The notes below the pieces were generated by a model that worked only from the letters and a program-made list of their open reading frames with translations, was not told the DNA's origin and did not search any database. Below, piece by piece: positions 56,431-64,000 of a stretch of 64,000 nt of DNA. The stretch is from NCBI RefSeq assembly GCF_009914755.1, contig NC_060926.1; one strand, 5' to 3'. Origin of the DNA: the human T2T-CHM13v2.0 reference genome, Homo sapiens. The position numbers were made by a program, and so were the translations under genes. Positions within the stretch are counted from its first letter, which is position 1, and the number at the start of each line of letters is the position of its first letter.

Positions 56431-59400
56431 TTTCGTTGGAAACGGGATTACATATAAAAAGCAGACAGCAGCATTCCCAGTAACTTCTTTGTGATGTTTG
56501 CATTCAAGTCACAGAGTTGAACATTCCCTTTCATAGAGGAGGTTTGAAACACTCTTTTTGTAGTATCTGGATGTGGACATTTGGAGCGCTTTCAGGCCTA
56601 TGGTGAAAAAGGAAATATCTTCCCCAGAAAACTAGACAGAAGCATTCTCAGAATCTTATTTGTGATGTGCGCCCTCAACTAACAGTGTTGAAGCTTTCTT
56701 TTGATAGAGCAGTTTTGAAACACTCTTTTCGTAAAATCTGCAAGAAGATATTTTGATAGCTTTGAGGATTACGTTGGAAACGGGATTGTCTTCATATAAA
56801 CTCTAGACAGAAGCATTCTCAGAAGCTTCATTGGGATGTTTCAATTCAAGTCACAGTGTTGAACAGTCCCTTTCATAGAGCAGGTTTGAAACACTCTTTT
56901 TGTAGTATCTGGAAGTGGACATTTGGAGCGCTCTCAGGACTGCGGTGAAAAAGGAAATATCTTCCAATAAAAGCTAGATAGAAGCAATGTCAGAAACTTT
57001 TTCATGATGTATCTACTCAGCTAACAGAGTTGAACCTTCCTTTGAGAGAGCAGTTTTGAAACACTCTTTTTGTGGAATCTGCAAGTGGATATTTGTCTAG
57101 CTTTGAGGATTTCGTTGGAAACGGGTTACATATAAAAAGCAGACAGCAGCATTCCCAGAAACTTCTTTGGGTTGTTTGCATTCAAGTCACAGAGTTGAAC
57201 ATTCCCTTTCATAGAGCAGGTTTGAAACACTCTTTTTGTGGTATCTGGATGTGGACATTTGCAGCGCTTTCAGGCATAAGGTGAAAAAGGAAATATCTTC
57301 CCCTGAAAACTAGACAGAAGCATTCTCAGAAACTTATTTGTGATGTGCGCCCTCAACTAACAGTGTTGAAGCTTTCTTTTGATAGAGCAGTTTTGAAACA
57401 CTCTTTTTGTAATATCTGCAAGAGGATATTTGGATAGCTTTGAGGATTTCGTTGGAAACGGGATTGTCTTCATATAAACTCTAGACAGAAGCATTCTCAG
57501 AAGCTTCATTGGGATGTTTCAATTGAAGTTGCAGTGTTGAACAGTCCCTTTCATAGAGGAGGTTTGAAACACTCTTTTTGTAGTATCTGGATGTGGACAT
57601 TTGGAGCGCTTCCAGGCCTATGGTTTAAAAGGAAATATCTTCCCCTGAAAACTAGACAGAAGCATTCTCAGAAACTTATTTGTGATGTGCGCCCTCAAGT
57701 AAGAGTGTTGAAGCATTCTTTTGATAGAGCAGTTTTGAAACACTCTTTTTGTGGAATCTGCAAGTGGATATTTGTCTAGCTTTGAGGATTTCGTTGGAAA
57801 CGGGATTACATATAAAAAGCAGACAGCAGCATTCCCAGAAACTTCTTTGTGATGTTTGCATTCAAGTCACACAGTTGAACATTCCCTTTCATAGAGCAGG
57901 TTTGAAACACTCTTTTTGTAGTATCTGGATGTGGACATTTGCAGCGCTTTCAGGCCTATGGTGAAAAAGGAAATATCTTCCCCTGAAAACTAGACAGAAG
58001 CATTCTCAGAAACTTATTTGTGATGTGCGCCCTCAACTAACAGTGTTGAAGCTTTCTTTTGATAGAGCAGTTTTGAAACACTCTTTTCGTAAAATCTGCA
58101 AGAGGATATTTGGATAGCTTTGAGGATTTCGTTGGAAACGGGATTGTCTTCATATAAACTCTAGACAGAAGCATTCTCAGAAGCTTCATTGGGATGTTTC
58201 AATTGAAGTCACAGTGCTGAACAGTCCCTTTCATAGAGCAGGTTTGAAACACTCTTTTTGTAGTATCTGGATGTGGACATTTGGAGCGCTTTCAGGCCTA
58301 TGGTTTAAAAGGAAATATCTTCCCCTGAAAACTAGACAGAAGCATTCTCAGAAACTTATTTGTGATGTGCGCCCTCAACTAACAGTGTTGAAGCATTCTT
58401 TTGATAGAGCAGTTTTGAAACACTCTTTTTGTGGAATCTGCAAGTGGATATTTGTCTAGCTTTGAGGATTTCGTTGGAAACGGGATTACATATAAAAAGC
58501 AGACAGCAGCATTCCCAGAAACTTCTTTGTGATGTTTGCATTCAAGTCACAGAGTTGAACATTCCCTTTTATAGAGCAGGTTTGAAACACTCTTTTTGTA
58601 GTATCTGGATGTGGACATTTGGAGCGCTTTCAGGCCTATGGTGAAAAAGGAAATATCTTCCCCTGAAAACTAGACAGAAGCATTCTCAGAAACTTATTTG
58701 TGATGTGCGCCCTCAACTAACAGTGTTGAACCTTTCTTTTGATAGAGCAGTTTTGAAACACTCTTTTTGTAATATCTGCAAGAGGATATTTGGATAGCTT
58801 TGAGGATTTCGTTGGAAACGGGATTGTCTTCATATAAACTCCAGACAGAAGCATTCTCAGAAGCTTCATTGGGATGTTTCAGTTGAAGTCACAGTGTTGA
58901 ACAGGCCCTTTCATAGAGCAGGTTTGAAACACTCTTTTTGTAGTATCTGGAAGTGGACATTTGGAGCGCTCTCAGGACTGCGGTGAAAAAGGAAACATCT
59001 TCCAATAAAAGCTAGATAGAAGCAATGTCAGAAACTTTTTCATGACGTATCTACTCAGCTAACAGAGTTGAACCTTCCTTTGAGAGAGCAGTTTTGAAAC
59101 ACTCTTTTTGTGGAATCTGCAAGTGGATATTTGTCTAGCTTTGAGGATTGCGTTGGAAACGGGATTACATATAAAAAGCAGACAGCAGCATTCCCAGAAT
59201 CTTCTTTGTGATGTTTGCATTCAAGTCACACAGTTGAACATTCCCTTTCATAGAGCAGGTTTGAAACACTCTTTTTGTAGTATCTGGATGTGGACATTTG
59301 GAGCGCTTTCAGGCCTATGGTGAAAAAGGAAATATCTTCCCCTGAAAACTAGACAGAAGCATTCTCAGAATCTTATTTGTGATGTGCGCCCTCAACTAAC

Positions 59401-62400
59401 AGTGTTGAAGCTTTCTTTTGATAGAGCAGTTTTGAAACACTCTTTTTGTAAAATCTGCAAGAGGATATTTGGATAGCTTTGAGGATTTCGTTGGAAACGG
59501 GATTGTCTTCATATAAACTCTAGTCAGAAGCATTCTCAGAAGCTTCATTGGGATGTTTCAATTGAAGTCACAGTGTTGAACAGTCCCTTTCATAGAGCAG
59601 GTTTGAAACACTCTTTTTGTAGTATCTGGAAGTGGACATTTGGAGCGCTCTCAGGACTACGGTGAAAAAGGAAGTATCTTCCAATAAAAGCTAGATAGAA
59701 GCAATGTCAGAAACTTTTTCATGATGTATCTACTCAGCAAACAGAGTTGAACCTTTCTTTTGAGAGAGCAGTTTTGAAACACTCTTTTTGTGGAATCTGC
59801 AAGTGGATATTTGTCTAGCTTTGAGGATTTCGTTGGAAACGGGATTACATATAAAAAGCAGACAGCAGCATTCCCAGAAACTTCTTTGTGATATTTGCAT
59901 TCAAGTCACAGAGTTGAACATTCCCTTTCATAGAGCAGGTTTGAAACACTCTTTTTGTAGTATCTGGATGTGGACATTTGGAGCGCTTTCAGGCCTATGG
60001 TGAAAACGGAAATATCTTCCCCTGAAAACTAGACAGAAGCATTCTCAGAATCTTATTTGTGATGTGCGCCCTCAACTAACAGTGTTGAAGCTTTCTTTTG
60101 ATAGAGCAGTTTTGAAACACTCTTTTTGTAAAATCTGCAGGAGGATATTTGGATAGCTTTGAGGATTTCGTTGGAAACGGGATTGTCTTCATATAAACTC
60201 TAGACAGAAGCATTCTCAGAAGCTTCATTGGGATGATTCAGTTGAAGTCACAGTGTTGAACAGTCCCTTTCATAGAGCAGGTTTGAAACACTCTTTTTGT
60301 AGTATCTGGAAGTGGACATTTGGAGTGCTCTCAGGACTGCGGTGAAAAAGGAAGTATCTTCCAATAAAAGCTACATAGAAGCAATGTCAGAAACTTTTTC
60401 GTGAAGTATCTACTAAGCTAACAGAGTTGAACCTTTCTTTTGAGAGAGCAGTTTTGAAACACTCTTTTTGTGGAATCTGCAAGTGGATATTTGTCTAGCT
60501 TTGAGGATTTCGTTTGAAACGGGATTACATATAAAAAGCAGACAGCAGCATTCCCAGAAACTTCTTTGTGAAGTTTGCATTGAAGTCACAGAGTTGAACA
60601 TTCCCTTTCATAGAGCAGGTTTGAAACACTCTTTTTGTAGTATCTGTATGTGGACATTTGGAGCGCTTTCAGGCCTATGGTGAAAAAGGAAATATCTTCC
60701 CCTGAAAACTAGACAGAAGCATTCTCAGAAACTTATTTGTGATGTGCGCCCTCAACTAACAGTGTTGAAGCTTTCTTTTGATAGAGCAGTTTTGAAACAC
60801 TCTTTTTGTAATATCTGCAAGAGGATATTTGGATAGCTTTGAGGATTTCGTTGGAAACGGGATTGTGTTCATATAAACTCTAGACAGAAGCATTCTCAGA
60901 AGCTTCATTGGGATGTTTCAATTGAAGTCACAGTGTTGAACAGTCCCTTTCATAGAGCAGGTTTGAAACACTCTTTTTGTAGTATCTGGAAGTGGACATT
61001 TGGAGCGCTCTCAGGACTACGGTGATAAAGGAAATATCTTCCAATAAAAGCTAGATAGAAGCAATGTCAGAAACTTTTTCATGATGTATCTACTCAGCTA
61101 ACAGAGTTGAACCTTTCTTTTGAGAGAGCAGTTTTGAAACACTCTTTTTGTGGAATCTGCAAGTGGATATTTGTCTAGCTTTGAGGATTTCGTTGGAAAC
61201 GGGATTACATATAAAAACCAGACAGCAGCATTCCCAGAATCTTCTTTGTGATGCTTGCATTCAAGTCACAGAGTTGAACATTCCCTTTCATAGAGCAGGT
61301 TTGAAACACTCTTTTTGTAGTATCTGGATGTGGACATTTGGAGCGCTTTCAGGCCTATGGTGAAAAAGAAATATCTTCCCCTGAAAACTAGACAGAAGCA
61401 TTCTCAGAATCTTATTTGTGATGTGCGCCCTCAACTAACAGTGTTGAAGCTTTCTTTTGATAGAGCAGTTTTGAAACACTCTTTTTGTAATATCTGCAAG
61501 AGGATATTTGGATAGCTTTGAGGATTTCGTTGGAAACGGGATTGTCTTCATATAAACTCTAGACAGAAGCATTCTCAGAAGCTTCATTGGGATGTTTCAA
61601 TTGAAGTCACAGTGTTGAACAGTCCCTTTCATAGAGCAGGTTTGAAACACTCTTTTTGTAGTATCTGGAAGTGGACATTTGGAGAGATCTCAGGAATACG
61701 GTGATAAAGGAAATATCTTCCAATAAAAGCTAGATAGAAGCAATGTCAGAAACTTTTTCATGACGTATCTACTCAGCTAACAGAGTTGAACCTTTCTTTT
61801 GAGAGAGCAGTTTTGAAACACTCTTTTTGTGGAATCTGCAAGTGGATATTTGTCTAGCTTTGAGGATTTCGTTGGAAACGGGATTACATATAAAAAGCAG
61901 ACAGCAGCATTCCCAGAAACTTCTTTGTGAAGTTTGCATTGAAGTCACAGAGTTGAACATTCCATTTCATAGGGCAGGTTTGAAACACTCTTTTTGTAGT
62001 ATCTGTATGTGGACATTTGGAGCGCTTTCAGGCCTATGGTGAAAAAGGAAATATCTTCCCCTGAAAACTAGACAGAAGCATTCTCAGAAACTTATTTGTG
62101 ATGTGCGCCCTCAACTAACAGTGTTGAAGCTTTCTTTTGATAGAGCAGTTTTGAAACACTCTTTTTGTAATATCTGCAAGAGGATATTTGGATAGCTTTG
62201 AGGATTTCGTTGGAAACGGGATTGTCTTCATATAAACTCCAGACAGAAGCATTCTCAGAAGCTTCATTGGGATGTTTCAGTTGAAGTCACAGTGTTGAAC
62301 AGTCCCTTTCATAGAGCAGGTTTGAAACACTCTTTTTGTAGTATCTGGAAGTGGACATTTGGAGCGCTCTCAGGACTGCGGTGAAAAAGGAAATATCTTC

Positions 62401-64000
62401 CAATAAAAGCTAGATAGAAGCAATGTCAGAAACTTTTTCATGATGTATCTACTCAGCTAACAGAGTTGAACCTTCCTTTGAGAGAGCAGTTTTGAAACAC
62501 TCTTTTTGTGGAATCTGCAAGTGGATATTTGTCTAGCTTTGAGGATTGCGTTGGAAACGGGATTACATATAAAAAGCAGACAGCAGCATTCCCAGAAACT
62601 TCTTTGTGATGTTTGCATTCAAGTCACACAGTTGAACATTCCCTTTCACAGAGCAGGTTTGAAACACTCTTTTTGTAGTATCTGGATGTGGACATTTGGA
62701 GCGCTTTCAGGCCTATGGTGAAAACGGAAATATCTTCCCCTGAAAACTAGACAGAAGCATTCTCAGAATCTTATTTGTGATGTGCGCCCTCAACTAACAG
62801 TGTTGAAGCTTTCTTTTGATAGAGCAGTTTTGAAACACTCTTTTTGTAAAATCTGCAAGAGGATATTTGGATAGCTTTGAGGATTTCGTTGGAAACGGGA
62901 TTGTCTTCATATAAACTCTAGTCAGAAGCATTCTCAGAAGCTTCATTGGGATGTTTCAATTGAAGTCACAGTGTTGAACAGTCCCTTTCATAGAGCAGGT
63001 TTGAAACACTCTTTTTGTAGTATCTGGAAGTGGACATTTGGAGCGCTCTCAGACTGCGGTGAAAAAGGAAATATCTTCCAATAAAAGCTACATAGAAGCA
63101 ATGTCAGAATCTTTTTCATGATGTGTCTACTCAGCTAACAGAGTTGAACCTTCCTTTGAGAGAGCAGTTTTGAAACACTCTTTTTGTGGAATCTGCAAGT
63201 GGATATTTGTCTAGCTTTGAGGATTTCGTTGGAAACGGGATTACATATAAAAAGCAGACAGCAGCATTCCCAGAAACTTCTTTGTGATATTTGCATTCAA
63301 GTCACAGAGTTGAACATTCCCTTTCATAGAGCAGGTTTGAAACACTCTTTTTGTAGTATCTGGATGTGGACATTTGGAGCGCTTTCAGGCCTATGGTGAA
63401 AACGGAAATATCTTCCCCTGAAAACTAGACAGAAGCATTCTCAGAATCTTATTTGTGATGTGCGCCCTCAACTAACAGTGTTGAAGCTTTCTTTTGATAG
63501 AGCAGTTTTGAAACACTCTTTTTGTAAAATCTGCAAGAGGATATTTGGATAGCTTTGAGGATTTCGTTGGAAACGGGATTGTCTTCATATAAACTCTAGA
63601 CAGAAGCATTCTCAGAAGCTTCATTGGGATGTTTCAGTTGAAGTCACAGTGTTGAACAGTCCCTTTCATAGAGCAGGTTTGAAACACTCTTTTTGTAGTA
63701 TCTGGAAGTGGACATTTGGAGTGCTCTCAGGACTGCGGTGAAAAAGGAAGTATCTTCCAATAAAAGCTACATAGAAGCAATGTCAGAAACTTTTTCGTGA
63801 AGTATCTACTCAGCTAACAGAGTTGAACCTTTCTTTTGAGAGAGCAGTTTTGAAACACTCTTTTTGTGGAATCTGCAAGTGGATATTTGTCTAGCTTTGA
63901 GGATTTCGTTGGAAACGGGATTACATATAAAAAGCAGACAGCAGCATTCCCAGAAACTTCTTTGTGATGTTTGCATTCAAGTCACACAGTTGAACATTCC

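Larger units (their letters stand above)
1..64000 (+). repeat. D2Z1: Centromeric alpha-satellite HOR array (~680 bp 4-mer), most likely human chromosome 2 D2Z1 (SF2)
   Basis: Typical alphoid motifs (GAAACACTCTTTTTGT, AGACAGAAGCATTCTCAGAA, CENP-B box) recur every ~170 bp across the window. The HOR anchor recurs at 678-680 bp (163, 843, 1523, 2203, 2882...). There is one TCTAGA per canonical unit (e.g. 574-579). Alpha-satellite identity is essentially certain. D2Z1 is inferred from the known 680 bp XbaI tetramer and recalled sequence, not from an alignment. Confidence 0.9.

Noticed and set aside
163-63399. About 130 short ORFs (MWNLQVDICL..., MQTSQR..., MFNSVTS..., MLNSPFH...)
   Set aside because: They are translations of the satellite unit, mostly with TTG/GTG starts, recurring at HOR spacing and broken freely by stops and frameshifts. 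There is no recognisable protein family or gene structure. I used them only as a ruler.
1-64000. CRISPR-like regularly spaced repeats
   Set aside because: The sequence between conserved motifs is itself repeated rather than unique spacer, there are no cas genes, and the motifs are CENP-B and pJalpha boxes.
1-64000. Transposon insertion, inversion or non-satellite sequence
   Set aside because: All anchor intervals are whole-monomer multiples in one orientation. I saw no poly-A tails, Alu/L1 sequence or reverse-complement CENP-B boxes.

Overview
The whole 64 kb window is one uninterrupted, head-to-tail, single-orientation array of human-type centromeric alpha-satellite. Monomers are 167-171 bp, with CENP-B-box monomers alternating with pJalpha-box monomers. 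They form a ~680 bp 4-monomer higher-order repeat (HOR) with one XbaI site per canonical unit. This fits the chromosome 2 live array D2Z1 (suprachromosomal family 2, dimeric), assigned from recall rather than alignment. I see no genes, RNA genes, transposons, inversions or CRISPR arrays. All ORFs in the track are translations of the satellite, and I found no evidence of a new gene-based system. What is informative is the array architecture. Among about 90 HOR intervals there are seven 6-mers, one 2-mer and one odd 7-mer that puts two CENP-B boxes in adjacent monomers. There is also a ~20 kb block repeated at 25-27.5 kb spacing, several nested kb-scale duplications, amplified CENP-B-box-inactivating variants, and a ~5 kb more diverged island flanked by direct repeats. 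Counts and breakpoints were read by eye, using the ORF track as a ruler, and are approximate.
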